Positions 40,933 to 51,634 of a stretch of DNA of 64,000 nucleotides are shown one piece after another. The position numbers were made by a program, and so were the translations under genes. Where the stretch lies: IMG/VR virus record IMGVR_UViG_3300026097_000980, positions 91,509 to 155,508 of that record. One strand, written 5' to 3'. The notes beneath the pieces are model-generated. The model was given only the letters and a program-made list of their open reading frames with translations, ran no database searches and had not been told where the DNA came from. The stretch's first letter is position 1. Every line of letters begins with the position of its first letter. The stretch is from a virus.

Positions 40933-41564
40933 TAGAAATATACCTTCTTTGAGTTAAATGCTCGCTCCCAACCCCAGAAACGGGCCTTCCAGTCTGATTG
41001 ATCATCGGAGCAGAGATTGATCCATTCACTCTTTCGGTCTATGATTTCTTGAATCCTTCCCTCCCAGTCTGCAGAATCGATTAACTCTTCTGCACGGTCT
41101 TTCAAATCAACTGCGTCATTGTATGTCACGGCATCTTGCTCTATGTGAAAAACTTCAAAACAGTGTTCGTGGGTGACATAGTCTATTGAAAAGTCAATGC
41201 CCCACTTTGGCTGTATACGAAGCAGTTTGTTCAGCACAGGTCGAACCCGTGCGGCTCGTTCTATTGCTTCTCTTGCTTCGCCTGCATATGCCCAACGATG
41301 CAGTATTTGTGTATGATCTAATATTAATCCGCTTTCGCTAGAATCACTGTCTCTATACCATTGTTGACAACAGGCTGTGTGATATTGCACATCACCTATT
41401 AGGGCACCATTGTATTCATAATGAAGTCTTTCGATAGGAGTTGCTACCTCGTAGCCATCCTTGTCAAAGTCTCTGAACTCTGCATTGTAGAGAACATCTG
41501 TGTGGATCGGCTGTGTGAGATAAGGTTCCGGAAACAGAACCACATGATTTTTATGTAGACGCAA
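40932..41564 (-). CDS. Hypothetical protein
   Basis: 210 aa; TTG start with GGAGCGA SD. Confidence 0.65.
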   Translation of the reverse strand: MRLHKNHVVLFPEPYLTQPIHTDVLYNAEFRDFDKDGYEVATPIERLHYEYNGALIGDVQYHTACCQQWYRDSDSSESGLILDHTQILHRWAYAGEAREAIERAARVRPVLNKLLRIQPKWGIDFSIDYVTHEHCFEVFHIEQDAVTYNDAVDLKDRAEELIDSADWEGRIQEIIDRKSEWINLCSDDQSDWKARFWGWERAFNSKKVYF

Positions 41565-41648
41565 TCGTCGCTCCTTTAATCTACTGTAATCATATTTATT
41601 GCAAAAACCCTATAAATATTAGTAGATTAAACTTCCGGGAGCGAAACA

Positions 41649-42452
41649 ATGGAACTTATTTCACCAGCCGTTAAAAGCGGTATTTCAACTCTTACACTGT
41701 CAGGTCGTGCTTTGTTATTTGCAGAGCTGGCCTCAATAGCCTATATGGACGAAAAAGAAGCAACCAGTCAAGCAAAGAAACTAGGATTCACAACTGTTGA
41801 ATTCTACAATAAAGCTGGTGCTCAAGCCTATCGGTTTATGAGCAAGCGAGATCTTGTGATCATCTGCCGTGGCACAGAGCCAACAGAATGGAATGACATT
41901 AAAGCAGACCTAGATGCTGTTCCTGTTATGGCTGAAACTGTTAGTCGTGTTCATAGAGGATTCAAAGCAGAAGTTGACGAACTATGGCCAATGGTTATAG
42001 AAGATGTTCAGCGTGAAGCAGAAGGCAGAGACCTTTGGTTCTGCGGACACAGTTTAGGTGCGGCAATGACTACAATCATGGCAAGCAGATGCTTCCACGA
42101 TCCGGACCTTGCTGATCCAGTAGAAGTTCACACATATGGTTCACCAAGAGTAGGATGGCCAGGATATGCTAAAAGTCTCGGTATGACACATCATCGTTGG
42201 GTTAACAACAACGACATAGTCACCCGAGTTCCTATGTGGATTATGGGTTATCGTCATCACGGTATAGAACACTATATCGATTCAGAAGGCGACGTGGATC
42301 AGGAAAAAGGTCTTGCTCGTTTCTGGGATGGCTTTCAAGGAACTGTAAGAGGACTACTAAAAGGAAGTGTGGATCAGATTTCAGATCATAATATGAGTGA
42401 ATATATCAAACATCTTGCTAGAAATGCACGGGGTAGAATAGAACCCAAATAA
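41649..42452 (+). CDS. Class 3 lipase
   Basis: RGTE, VHRGF, CGHSLGAA, YGSPRVG, NNNDIVTRVP, DH. Confidence 0.92.
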   Translation: MELISPAVKSGISTLTLSGRALLFAELASIAYMDEKEATSQAKKLGFTTVEFYNKAGAQAYRFMSKRDLVIICRGTEPTEWNDIKADLDAVPVMAETVSRVHRGFKAEVDELWPMVIEDVQREAEGRDLWFCGHSLGAAMTTIMASRCFHDPDLADPVEVHTYGSPRVGWPGYAKSLGMTHHRWVNNNDIVTRVPMWIMGYRHHGIEHYIDSEGDVDQEKGLARFWDGFQGTVRGLLKGSVDQISDHNMSEYIKHLARNARGRIEPK

Positions 42453-42457
42453 CCCAC

Positions 42458-42480
42458 AAAGCCCCGAAAGGGGCTTTTTT
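42458..42480. terminator. Bidirectional terminator
   Basis: AAAGCCCC-gaaa-GGGGCTTTTT. Confidence 0.85.
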
Positions 42481-43786
42481 ATCTAACTTCGATCCAACCC
42501 AAACTTGCCCAACCCTTTTTGTTGGCACCAATACTTGCCATTGCGATTAGGAATATGCCTGAAGTGTCGCCCAGTGTGGTTGTGGTTGTACGACTAAGTT
42601 GTGTGATGCTTCGATTTGGAAACTTGTATACTTGTCCCATATTACCTGAACTGATATAAGTTGTGTTTAGGATACTACCGTTAGTAAACCCTGTTGCGGT
42701 TAGGTTGTATTCAACAGCACTATCATCGCCCATGCTTACCCAAGTGCCGCCTGTGATGGTAGGATTTTCAATAGCACGAACAAAGATGTTGGTGTTGTCT
42801 AGTGTAGCACCAGAGAACTCATCAGGTATGATAACGCTGTCTAAGGAGTCGCTCTTTAGTCGTATAGCAACCAACGGATAGAAAGTATTGGCAGTAGTAA
42901 GTGTCTTACCAGTGATGGCATTTGACACGCTGTTCTGTCTACCTAGTAGTTCTGTGATTGCTTCCACAGTCATTGAGTGTGAACCTTGGTAGAAGGTGTG
43001 TGTTCCTGCTGTGCCTGCGACATTGGTTAATTCTACGCGAATAGGTAGTGCGGCTTTGGCAGCCCATGGATGGTCATGTGTGTTAGCGTGTTGTATTTTA
43101 TGAACAGGATATTTGTTGTTGTCTATCACAAAGTTCCATTCAATCTGTCCAGCACCGTACCATTCAAACTCTATAGTCATATGCTGTATGGCTGTAGGAT
43201 CTGCTGTGATACCACTAGGTCCTGTGCCGTCTAAAGGATCTACATTCCACTCGTCTCTAGCAAAACTTTCTGTTTCAACTCCACCAGCTGTGTTCCTGCG
43301 TAGCACACAACGATAAGTGCCATCTCCACTATCCTCAAAGTAGAATCCGTTGAGTTCGTCAAACAGGCCAAAGCGTCTGCGAATGCCTGTGGTAGGTGTG
43401 CCAAATATCATACTCATAGCCACTTCAGCTTGGCGTCCTGGAATGTATCGCTGAACACGATTAGTTTGGCGTATAACTTCATCGCCAGCATCGCCGCCTA
43501 CTTCTAGTTTTACCATGCCAAGATATTCATCGTGTGTAGCTGAAGCTGTGCCCGTAATCAGCTCGTCAAAGATATCTGTGTCTTTGCTTCTTGTGAATGT
43601 TGCGAAGTCTGTGATTTCGTTGGTGCTGACTTTCACACGGTTGGTTGATGTATGCTGTTTGGTAGTGTCGTCTATGCGTATAACAGGATAACCATACGGA
43701 TCGTAGGCCATTGCCTGTACTAAGTCGTTGGTGTTAGGTTCGTGACTGTGGACATAGTTGGTTGAGTTGGGGTTAATGTTTGGCAT
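42479..43786 (-). CDS. Probable virion structural protein (beta-rich)
   Basis: 435 aa; RYIPG, FEWYGAG, LPIRVE. Confidence 0.6.
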   Translation of the reverse strand: MPNINPNSTNYVHSHEPNTNDLVQAMAYDPYGYPVIRIDDTTKQHTSTNRVKVSTNEITDFATFTRSKDTDIFDELITGTASATHDEYLGMVKLEVGGDAGDEVIRQTNRVQRYIPGRQAEVAMSMIFGTPTTGIRRRFGLFDELNGFYFEDSGDGTYRCVLRRNTAGGVETESFARDEWNVDPLDGTGPSGITADPTAIQHMTIEFEWYGAGQIEWNFVIDNNKYPVHKIQHANTHDHPWAAKAALPIRVELTNVAGTAGTHTFYQGSHSMTVEAITELLGRQNSVSNAITGKTLTTANTFYPLVAIRLKSDSLDSVIIPDEFSGATLDNTNIFVRAIENPTITGGTWVSMGDDSAVEYNLTATGFTNGSILNTTYISSGNMGQVYKFPNRSITQLSRTTTTTLGDTSGIFLIAMASIGANKKGWASLGWIEVR

Positions 43787-44892
43787 TACTGGCCGTCCGT
43801 AGCAGTATTATAGAAAATAAGTCCAGTAAAATCAGATCCTACGCCGCCAGGTCCGTCTTGATTTTCTGATTCGCCTGGTGCTGTAAAGTAAAACTCTGCT
43901 GTGCCTGGGCCTCCATCATTGCCGAAGATTGCATAAAGATAATAATAAGAATCAGCTTCAAGATAAAAGTCTCCTGTAGCATTTGCAGCCGGATGCTTAC
44001 CGCCATTATCAACGACTGCATCAGCCAGTGTGATATTTGTAGGTGCATCATTATCGTTCACATCTGCATCTGTGCCTAAGAACAAATAACTTGCATCATC
44101 ACTGCGTATTCTGAATCCCCAAGTGCCTGTGCTGTTCGGCTTGAAATATCCTAACAGCGTATAGGTTGTGGTTTCGGCTACAGTTCCATCTCTGCTGATG
44201 TTGTTAACCACATTCTCATCATTTATCGCAGGCGAACCGCCAAAGAAGTTATCATATGCTGTTTGATCATCGTATGGAGAAGTTTTATCTCCAAAATAAT
44301 CCACGGTGTATTCTCTTTCAACTAATCCTGCACTTAATGTCAATCCACTTACGTCTACGCCCGCTACGCCTAACGCTGTATTCCAAGGACGAAAAGGAAT
44401 AAGTCCACTTGCATTTGGATTATCGAATATAGTTCCGTCTGTGTTGTAAACTGTAGGTAGGTTATCCCACTCGTAGGTATTGTTTGTTCTATAGTAATCT
44501 TCTGTTGTGGGGTTATCACTCATAAGGGCTTTTCTTTTGATTTGAGCGATGCCCAGTTTGACCTGCTGTCTTACTCTTTTGTTCGCGGCCGACCCTGTTC
44601 CATCTTTGGGTGTGCAGATGATTTCGTCACCGTCAGCCAGGTGTTGATCGATAGTGTCTGAGCCTGTTAGATCTGTAAGCTGGATCGAAGTGTCTCGAGA
44701 AACATAAAAACGATCATAGCAGTCTCCGTAGCTGAGACTGTCTGGTCCGTCTATGGTTGTGGAAGCGGCACCACCTGTTTCATCACTTTTGATATCAGCA
44801 ATCAGTTGTGTAATAGTTTTAGCAGTTTCGTCAATGCCAGTAAAAGACCCAGGAACTGCTGTAATACCTTTGTAGGTTAAACTCCACGCCAT
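43786..44892 (-). CDS. PA14-domain protein (putative adhesin/structural)
   Basis: GYFKP...GFRIRSDDASYLFLG...VDNGGKH. Confidence 0.7.
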   Translation of the reverse strand: MAWSLTYKGITAVPGSFTGIDETAKTITQLIADIKSDETGGAASTTIDGPDSLSYGDCYDRFYVSRDTSIQLTDLTGSDTIDQHLADGDEIICTPKDGTGSAANKRVRQQVKLGIAQIKRKALMSDNPTTEDYYRTNNTYEWDNLPTVYNTDGTIFDNPNASGLIPFRPWNTALGVAGVDVSGLTLSAGLVEREYTVDYFGDKTSPYDDQTAYDNFFGGSPAINDENVVNNISRDGTVAETTTYTLLGYFKPNSTGTWGFRIRSDDASYLFLGTDADVNDNDAPTNITLADAVVDNGGKHPAANATGDFYLEADSYYYLYAIFGNDGGPGTAEFYFTAPGESENQDGPGGVGSDFTGLIFYNTATDGQ

Positions 44893-45176
44893 CAGTTATC
44901 CCCGTATACCCTACCGTGTTCTCCACGAATGTCCGCAGGGTGCTTGGGCTCTTGCCATCCACCGCCTGCATCTACGGTCACGCTGGCAATATCTGAAACT
45001 TGTTCATCTGGCTCGTTTGCATAGGTACTACCACATCCTGAACTTTGTAGGTCATCGATCTGATCCATTCTACGAGATTCATCGTCGTAGTAATCTTGTT
45101 CTTCGTTATGTTTACTTTGATCTTCTACTTTATCTATTAGATCTAATAGATCTCTGATTATTTCTATAGCTCTCAT
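44892..45176 (-). CDS. Hypothetical acidic protein
   Basis: MRAIEIIRD; TAAATA 5 nt upstream. Confidence 0.6.
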   Translation of the reverse strand: MRAIEIIRDLLDLIDKVEDQSKHNEEQDYYDDESRRMDQIDDLQSSGCGSTYANEPDEQVSDIASVTVDAGGGWQEPKHPADIRGEHGRVYGDN

Positions 45177-45184
45177 GTTTGTAT

Positions 45185-45784
45185 TTATAGAGATTCAGCG
45201 AACTGTTTTAGGTCATCGAATATCTGAACTTTTTTGCGAATGTCTCTGTAGGTAAATTTCTTCAACTCTTGTTCAGTCTTTAAACCATGCCCGGTTCTAA
45301 CTAGAATAGGTCTAGCTCCAATTTTTACCGCCGCTTTTAGATCTTTGATTTTATCACCTACAAAATAACCTCTGTTGAACTTGATATGTGGATTTTCTTT
45401 TTCACAACGTTTGAACATACCAGTGTTTGGCTTTGCGTACATATCATCTTTACGACTGCTGGCACTGTAGTAAATTGCATCAATGCTAGGGCATCCGGCT
45501 TTGCCAAAAAGTTCAAGCATGTGATCATGAACCTTTTCCACATGTTCTTGGGTGTATAGTCCTTTTTCTATGCCTCCTTGATTAGTAATAATTACAATTT
45601 TATGTCCTAGAGATCTAAGCAGTGAGACGGCTTCGATAGATCCTTCAATCGGCTCGAAGTCTTCTACGTTACAACAATAACCTCTGTCTTTGTTAATAAC
45701 ACCGTCTCTGTCTAAACCAATGACACATTTATCGTAGACTTTTCCTGTCCACCCTAGATTAACTTGATTCTGTGTTGTTTCCAT
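45185..45784 (-). CDS. gmhB: GmhB-like HAD phosphatase (heptose-1,7-bisphosphate/histidinol-phosphatase family)
   Basis: LDRDGVIN, ITNQGG, KPNTGM, VGDK..D, LVRTGHG. Confidence 0.8.
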   Translation of the reverse strand: METTQNQVNLGWTGKVYDKCVIGLDRDGVINKDRGYCCNVEDFEPIEGSIEAVSLLRSLGHKIVIITNQGGIEKGLYTQEHVEKVHDHMLELFGKAGCPSIDAIYYSASSRKDDMYAKPNTGMFKRCEKENPHIKFNRGYFVGDKIKDLKAAVKIGARPILVRTGHGLKTEQELKKFTYRDIRKKVQIFDDLKQFAESL

Positions 45785-46166
45785 TTTCTTCTTTGGCTAT
45801 CCTTTGACTGTCTCCAGGAATAATTCGATAGTTATCTGTTGGCTCATCTTTGGTGCTTACTTCGAATATAGTTGCACCCGGAACAAGAGCCTCTAACTGA
45901 TGAGGTTGCAAAGGTGGATTATGCCATGCTTCGCCTTCCTGCAGGATTTTTTCTTTATACTCGGCTGTTTCAGTGTCGCACCAAAGAAGTCTAAATTTAC
46001 CGTAGTTTACAAACCACGATTCTTCTTTATCTTTATGGAAGTGCATACTAAATTTACTGCCTTCTTTTTCAAACACTAAAAACTTTGCACAATAATCTTC
46101 TCTGTTAGCCCAAATAACTTCGTAGCCCCAACCTTTATCGACTTTACCTAAAAATCTGTCTGCCAT
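45759..46166 (-). CDS. Cupin (sugar-isomerase-like)
   Basis: KGWGYE, SMHFHKDKEESW, PHQL, EVST. Confidence 0.8.
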   Translation of the reverse strand: MADRFLGKVDKGWGYEVIWANREDYCAKFLVFEKEGSKFSMHFHKDKEESWFVNYGKFRLLWCDTETAEYKEKILQEGEAWHNPPLQPHQLEALVPGATIFEVSTKDEPTDNYRIIPGDSQRIAKEENGNNTESS

Positions 46167-46783
46167 TATCTATTCTCCACGATCTTATCAGCCAAACCCC
46201 ATTCTACCGCTTCTTCGGCACTGAGGAACGTATCAAACTTCATGGTCTCGAACATATCATCATAGGTCTTGCCTGCGGTGTTGTGACGAACATACAGTTC
46301 GGTTAGACGTTGATTAATACGCTGGCTTTCTTCGAATGTGCGTTTCGCATCTTCAAATTGTAATTCTTGTACATGTACTGAACCCCGGGTGCCTGGAGTA
46401 CCCGAACTCACACGGTGAACCATTGTGCGACTTTCTGGCAGTACATAACGCTTGCCTTCTGCTCCTGCTTGTGCTAAGAAACTGCCCATGCTGGCGGCTT
46501 GGCCCATAACATATGTAGCAACATCTGGTTTGATAAACTGCATGGTGTCATAGATAGCAAGCCCTGCTGTGACTAATCCTCCCGGACTGTTAATAAACAG
46601 TTGAATATCTTTGTCTGGATTCTCTGATTCTAAAAATAATAATTGTGCAACAACTACATTGCTCATATGATCTTCTACAGGGCCATTCAACATAATGATT
46701 CGCTCTTTGAGCAATCGACTGTAGATATCATAAGCTCGTTCGCCTTTTGATGTTGATTCTACTACCATTGGTATCAGTGACAT
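46166..46783 (-). CDS. clpP: ATP-dependent Clp protease proteolytic subunit
   Basis: [30 protein letters not shown]. Confidence 0.96.
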   Translation of the reverse strand: MSLIPMVVESTSKGERAYDIYSRLLKERIIMLNGPVEDHMSNVVVAQLLFLESENPDKDIQLFINSPGGLVTAGLAIYDTMQFIKPDVATYVMGQAASMGSFLAQAGAEGKRYVLPESRTMVHRVSSGTPGTRGSVHVQELQFEDAKRTFEESQRINQRLTELYVRHNTAGKTYDDMFETMKFDTFLSAEEAVEWGLADKIVENR

Positions 46784-46923
46784 AGATATTTCCTTGTGTG
46801 TTTAAACGTATAATATATAGTAGTATTACTAGAATGTCAACGAGTAATTGAAGTTGACAACACTTTAAATTGATCGTACAGTTTAATGTTAATGTAATCA
46901 TTTTTCAAGTAAATATTTTATCG

Positions 46924-47433
46924 ATGGCAACCTTAGTTTTAAACGCAGATGCACAGCCTACTAATTTGGTGCCACTTTCTGTTATCTCATGGCAGGAAGC
47001 TATCAAATATATAGTGCTGGAAAAAGCTCGAGTTATGACATACTATGACGATTGGGTTGTGCGTAGCCCCACGTGGGAAACTGCTGTGCCTGCGATTATC
47101 ATGCTGTTAGAATATCAAAAACCCAAGAAGGGTGTAAGGCTTTCTAAGAAAAATATCTATTTGAGAGACAACTACAAATGCCAATACTGTGGCATACGAG
47201 TTACTGAATCTACAGCCAGTATTGATCATGTGATTCCACAGAGCAAAGGCGGGCGTGGCGGATGGGCAAATCTAACCACAGCCTGTCGTAGATGTAACAG
47301 TGCAAAGTCAGATAGAAGCGACATGCTACCTTCGACTATGCCTTACAAACCCGATTATTGGGAACTTGCGGCGAAACGCAAAGCCATGGGCTATGACATC
47401 AAACACCCAAGCTGGCTTGACTTTATAGGTTGA
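46924..47433 (+). CDS. HNH endonuclease (McrA-like)
   Basis: LVLNAD, RDNYKCQYCG, IDHVIPQSKGG, ACRRCN. Confidence 0.9.
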   Translation: MATLVLNADAQPTNLVPLSVISWQEAIKYIVLEKARVMTYYDDWVVRSPTWETAVPAIIMLLEYQKPKKGVRLSKKNIYLRDNYKCQYCGIRVTESTASIDHVIPQSKGGRGGWANLTTACRRCNSAKSDRSDMLPSTMPYKPDYWELAAKRKAMGYDIKHPSWLDFIG

Positions 47434-47484
47434 CAACTCTTAAGATTTTTTGTATACTTGTATAAATTGTGTTAGGAGCGAAGC

Positions 47485-47991
47485 ATGAGCAAACACTTTT
47501 TCGAGAGAGTACAACAAGGGTATGCAGGTGTAAAGAAAACAGTTTCGACTACCTGTTCACTTGCATACTGTAACGAAACATCTTCTAAATATAAAGGATA
47601 CGGTTCGAGATTATGTGAACACCATCAGAGTTTGATGCGTGAATACGGCGGCCCGGGCCGCACTGATCGTCCGTATACATTCCATAAAAACCGCCACTGT
47701 GAATGTTGCGGACTTGACCCGTGGGAACATCCTATGGTTAAAAAAATAGACGACGAACTGGTTCGAGATAGAGTTGCATGGGGCATGCTTATTGTAGATC
47801 ATCTACACACCCAGCGTGACGGCGGCTGTGACAGCAAGCATAATGTACAAACACTATGTAGAATGTGTGATCAAATAAAAACCACACTGGCCTGTGACAG
47901 CATGCCAAAAGCTCGTTACAAAGACGAAGCAGAATATTATGCTGTTATTGAACGTCTCCGTCCTTATTATGAAAAACTGTTTGGAAAATAA
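47485..47991 (+). CDS. Zn-binding HNH-like protein
   Basis: CECCG, IVDH, NVQTLCRMCD; TTGACA-17-TATACT at 47430-47458. Confidence 0.65.
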   Translation: MSKHFFERVQQGYAGVKKTVSTTCSLAYCNETSSKYKGYGSRLCEHHQSLMREYGGPGRTDRPYTFHKNRHCECCGLDPWEHPMVKKIDDELVRDRVAWGMLIVDHLHTQRDGGCDSKHNVQTLCRMCDQIKTTLACDSMPKARYKDEAEYYAVIERLRPYYEKLFGK

Positions 47992-47992
47992 A

Positions 47993-48667
47993 ATGGAAAT
48001 TGATTTAGAAACAATGCGTATTGCTACTCGCGAACGTATCGAAATGGAACAGAAAATGAGTAAGGGTGAGTTTGATAATCATCCGTGGGACGAATGTCCT
48101 ACACTCAGTCGCTTTATTGCCAACTCAAACATTACCAGTCGTTGGTGGGAACGTAGAATTGCAAATTTATTAAGTTGGGGTACACAGCCTTCCAGTGATG
48201 ATCCCGACGATGAACAAGACTATGGAGATCTATTTGCTCCTCCATTTGTATTAGGTGAAGACAACATCGAATTAAAAACAAATGAAAAACTTGGACGGCC
48301 ACACATTGTAGGTCAACAGTTTCGATTCTACGAAAACATTCCATTCTACATGATGTTTAAATTAGATCCTGAGGAAGACATTGGGCGATGTTTTATGTTT
48401 TCAAAAGAAGATCTATACAAAGAGATTTTTGAACACGAAAGTAGTTATCCTTGGAGTTCACAAGGTAGCGGTAAGACCACAGGACTTGATCGTCCAGAAC
48501 GTCTTCGATTGATTGAAGATTCGTTTGAAGGAAAAAATCAAATATTATGGGGCTTTGGTATAAATCCAAAGTCAAAGCCAGATGTATATGAAAGATGGTG
48601 CGACGAGTATCTAGTTGATATATACACACTTAAAGATTGGAAAGGATTTAAGGAAAGCAAGGCATGA
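47993..48667 (+). CDS. Putative restriction-endonuclease-like PD-(D/E)XK protein
   Basis: E...GD...IELK pattern only. Confidence 0.45.
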   Translation: MEIDLETMRIATRERIEMEQKMSKGEFDNHPWDECPTLSRFIANSNITSRWWERRIANLLSWGTQPSSDDPDDEQDYGDLFAPPFVLGEDNIELKTNEKLGRPHIVGQQFRFYENIPFYMMFKLDPEEDIGRCFMFSKEDLYKEIFEHESSYPWSSQGSGKTTGLDRPERLRLIEDSFEGKNQILWGFGINPKSKPDVYERWCDEYLVDIYTLKDWKGFKESKA

Positions 48668-49983
48668 GAACACAACCAGAATACATTATTGGACAACTAG
48701 AAATCCATAACAGTCGCTTGAACAAAGAAGCGATTCTAGAGTCTGCAATGGAGGAAGAATTAGATGAATTCTTCCACGGTTTACGATTAGCATTAGACAA
48801 GCTGGTAACATTCGGTGTCAAGGAAATTCCATTAAAGGAAACAGACGACGGACAAGGCCTAGCTTGGGATAATTTCTTAAAACTGACTGATTTGTTAGTT
48901 AGCAGGCATGCGACAGGTCACACCGCTCGTGATGCTATCTTGCTTGCTATGGAAGTATCAAGCAAGTCACAGTGGAATGACTGGTATCGTCGTATCCTTA
49001 TCAAAGATCTACGCTGTGGTGTAAGTGAAAAGACAGTGAATAAGGTTGCTAAAAAGATGAAGCGACCTGAGTATCAAGTTCCTGTGTTTGAATGTATGTT
49101 AGCCCAGGACAGCAACAATCACGAACGTCACTTAGAAGGAGTTAAACGTTTAGAGCCCAAGCTGGATGGGGTACGCTGTTTGACCATTATTGATCCAGCA
49201 TCCGGAAAGGTAGAACAATATACCCGCAACGGCAAATTACTCGAAAACTTTTCTCATATCACCCAGGCCCTTCAGCCTTATGTTACCGAGATAGGTCGAG
49301 GGTGGGTCCTTGACGGCGAAGTTGTCAGCAGTGATTTCCAGACCCTTATGCGACAGGTGCATCGTAAAAAGGATGTCCAGGCAGAAGATGCACGATTGAT
49401 GTTGTTTGACGCTGTACCCTTGCCAGAGTTTAAAGCAGGTCAGAGTGTGATGGGCTTACGCAAACGCAGGGTTATGCTGAAAGAACTGTGTGCTATGTTA
49501 GAAGACGTTGACTGCATAGGTCTTATTGAGCAGTCCAGGGTTGATCTTGATACCCTAGAAGGCAAAGTAGAAATGGAAGACTATTTAGAGAACGCTGTGG
49601 CACAGGGCTATGAAGGCATTATGATCAAAGATGATGACTCTCTTTATGAATGTAAGCGTAGCACGGCGTGGCTTAAACAGAAGCCATACATTGAAGTATC
49701 CTTAAAGGTGATTGAAGTTGAAGAAGGTACAGGTAGGAATGCGGGACGATTGGGTGCTGTTGTGTGCGAAGGCATCGACGACGGAAAAGATATTAGAGTT
49801 AACGTCGGTAGCGGCTTCACTGACACTGATAGGGATGAGTATTGGGATTGTCGTGATGCTGTTGTTGGGCAGGTTGTAGAAGTAAGGGCTGATGCCATCA
49901 CACAAAATCAGGATGGCACCTACAGCCTAAGATTCCCTAGATTCCTAAAGTTCCGTGGCTTTACACGCGGAGAAAAGATCTAG
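48664..49983 (+). CDS. ATP-dependent DNA ligase
   Basis: EPKLDGVR, LDGE, EGIMIK, VGSGF, SLRFPRF. Confidence 0.96.
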   Translation: MRTQPEYIIGQLEIHNSRLNKEAILESAMEEELDEFFHGLRLALDKLVTFGVKEIPLKETDDGQGLAWDNFLKLTDLLVSRHATGHTARDAILLAMEVSSKSQWNDWYRRILIKDLRCGVSEKTVNKVAKKMKRPEYQVPVFECMLAQDSNNHERHLEGVKRLEPKLDGVRCLTIIDPASGKVEQYTRNGKLLENFSHITQALQPYVTEIGRGWVLDGEVVSSDFQTLMRQVHRKKDVQAEDARLMLFDAVPLPEFKAGQSVMGLRKRRVMLKELCAMLEDVDCIGLIEQSRVDLDTLEGKVEMEDYLENAVAQGYEGIMIKDDDSLYECKRSTAWLKQKPYIEVSLKVIEVEEGTGRNAGRLGAVVCEGIDDGKDIRVNVGSGFTDTDRDEYWDCRDAVVGQVVEVRADAITQNQDGTYSLRFPRFLKFRGFTRGEKI

Positions 49984-49986
49984 TCC

Positions 49987-50853
49987 ATGACAACACTACA
50001 CACGTTCGGCTGTTCTATAACCCAAGGGTTTGCACTTCCAGATGTAGTGAAACCTTTGCTTAACGAACAAGGAAAACCATTAACCGACGACGAAGTGCGG
50101 GCATTGGGTGACCAGTTTAACTGGAATGACGTCCATGTGTACGCTCCTAGCGACTATGCATGGCCTAGTGTGCTTGCCGATAAGTTGGGTATCTCTGTAC
50201 AGAACTATGCAAGACGCGGAGCATGTTTTAAACAGATAGCCAGACAGTGTGCTACAGAAGCAAAAAACATACAGCCCGACGACACAGTAATTGTGATGTG
50301 GACATACCTATCTAGGCTAAGCCTTCAGTGGCCTGCTAGAACATCGGTTCCGTTCTGTAATATCGTGGATCCAGACAGAGGATGGCGCACAAGAATTCTG
50401 CCAAAGTTTAACAAGTTCTTTGGGTTGAGCCCTTCCGACAAGAGCACCAACGAAGCAGATGCCCACATTCACAATTACATACAAGACTCTGCACACACCT
50501 ATCTCAGTCCGTTAGGAGTGTATGACAGATACTACAACAGCATGGTGCTTCAGCAAATGACCGATGGATTTCTCAGGGCTACTGGTGCAAGGGTTATACA
50601 TCTCAGCGTAGAGTCAGAGAGCGTGATCCAACAACTTGAACAGGCAAGAGCAGAACTTGATGAATCGCTGAAAGGGCCTTACAGCATTCCGCACCCAGAC
50701 GAATGGTATTCTGTAGACGTAGATTATTCATGCTGTCCTGTGATATTCAATCCTGAAATACCCCCTGCGGAGAACGACATGCACCCAAGCGTGACGCATC
50801 ATCGTAACTTTGCCGAATACGTCTACGCAGGGTACTTCGAGGGTAGGGTCTAG
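49987..50853 (+). CDS. SGNH-hydrolase-like protein
   Basis: FGCSITQG, NYARRG, DMHPS. Confidence 0.6.
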   Translation: MTTLHTFGCSITQGFALPDVVKPLLNEQGKPLTDDEVRALGDQFNWNDVHVYAPSDYAWPSVLADKLGISVQNYARRGACFKQIARQCATEAKNIQPDDTVIVMWTYLSRLSLQWPARTSVPFCNIVDPDRGWRTRILPKFNKFFGLSPSDKSTNEADAHIHNYIQDSAHTYLSPLGVYDRYYNSMVLQQMTDGFLRATGARVIHLSVESESVIQQLEQARAELDESLKGPYSIPHPDEWYSVDVDYSCCPVIFNPEIPPAENDMHPSVTHHRNFAEYVYAGYFEGRV

Positions 50854-51398
50854 GCCAGCCACGTGCTTGTGGTTTGATTGCCTATTATTTCACAGGCATC
50901 ACGCCACATGTCTTCTGGGTCAGTTTCCCAAATAAACTCTGGGTCTGGCTGTTTCAGTATCATCCATGAGTGCTTGGGTGTCCAAGGATGTTCGCCTTTG
51001 ATCTCACCCGCTAACTGCCCAGGTGCCCAACCCGTGTAACCCAAGAACAATCTTAGATATCTGGGTGCGTCCTGATCCTGTAGGTGTCCAAACATTGCTG
51101 AATGACTGGTGTAGCTGAGATACTCGGTGATGTGTTGTGTGTTGTTCATGCTCCACTCTGCACTGTGTAGCATCCACACACTGCTTGGAGCAACAGGCCC
51201 ACCTAGATACATGGGGAATCTCAAATTAATTTCGTCTTCTATCATGACGTCATCCACGGTTAGGTCTGTGCTACGATTAAGCACAACTCCAAACGTGCCA
51301 TCCGCTGAGTGTTGGCAGATCATGATTACTGAATTCTTGAATCGTGGGTCAGCACAGCTGGGCAGTGACACCACACAGTCTCCGGGTCTTATTCTCAT
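50850..51398 (-). CDS. YqgE/AlgH (DUF179) family protein
   Basis: DPRFKNSV, GVVLNR, GGPV, GYTGWAPGQLAGEI. Confidence 0.9.
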   Translation of the reverse strand: MRIRPGDCVVSLPSCADPRFKNSVIMICQHSADGTFGVVLNRSTDLTVDDVMIEDEINLRFPMYLGGPVAPSSVWMLHSAEWSMNNTQHITEYLSYTSHSAMFGHLQDQDAPRYLRLFLGYTGWAPGQLAGEIKGEHPWTPKHSWMILKQPDPEFIWETDPEDMWRDACEIIGNQTTSTWLA

Positions 51399-51403
51399 CG
51401 TGT

Positions 51404-51634
51404 TTAACTCCAATCAGGTAATGGGCCGCCGTACTTTTTGCCTTTGATCTTCTTGCCACGCACACGTATGCGTTCTGGTCCGACCTTGTGGCTCTTTCCA
51501 CCGTCACGGGCACGATAGCCCTGACTTTTACAGGAAGCAAGCTGAGAAGCACCCAGGGCGGCATCCGGCTTTCCACTGGTACACAGTGCTCTGCTGGCAG
51601 GTGCTTCAGTAACGATTACTTCTTGAATCTTCAT
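51404..51634 (-). CDS. Small basic hypothetical protein
   Basis: MKIQEVIVTE...CKSQGYRAR. Confidence 0.6.
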   Translation of the reverse strand: MKIQEVIVTEAPASRALCTSGKPDAALGASQLASCKSQGYRARDGGKSHKVGPERIRVRGKKIKGKKYGGPLPDWS

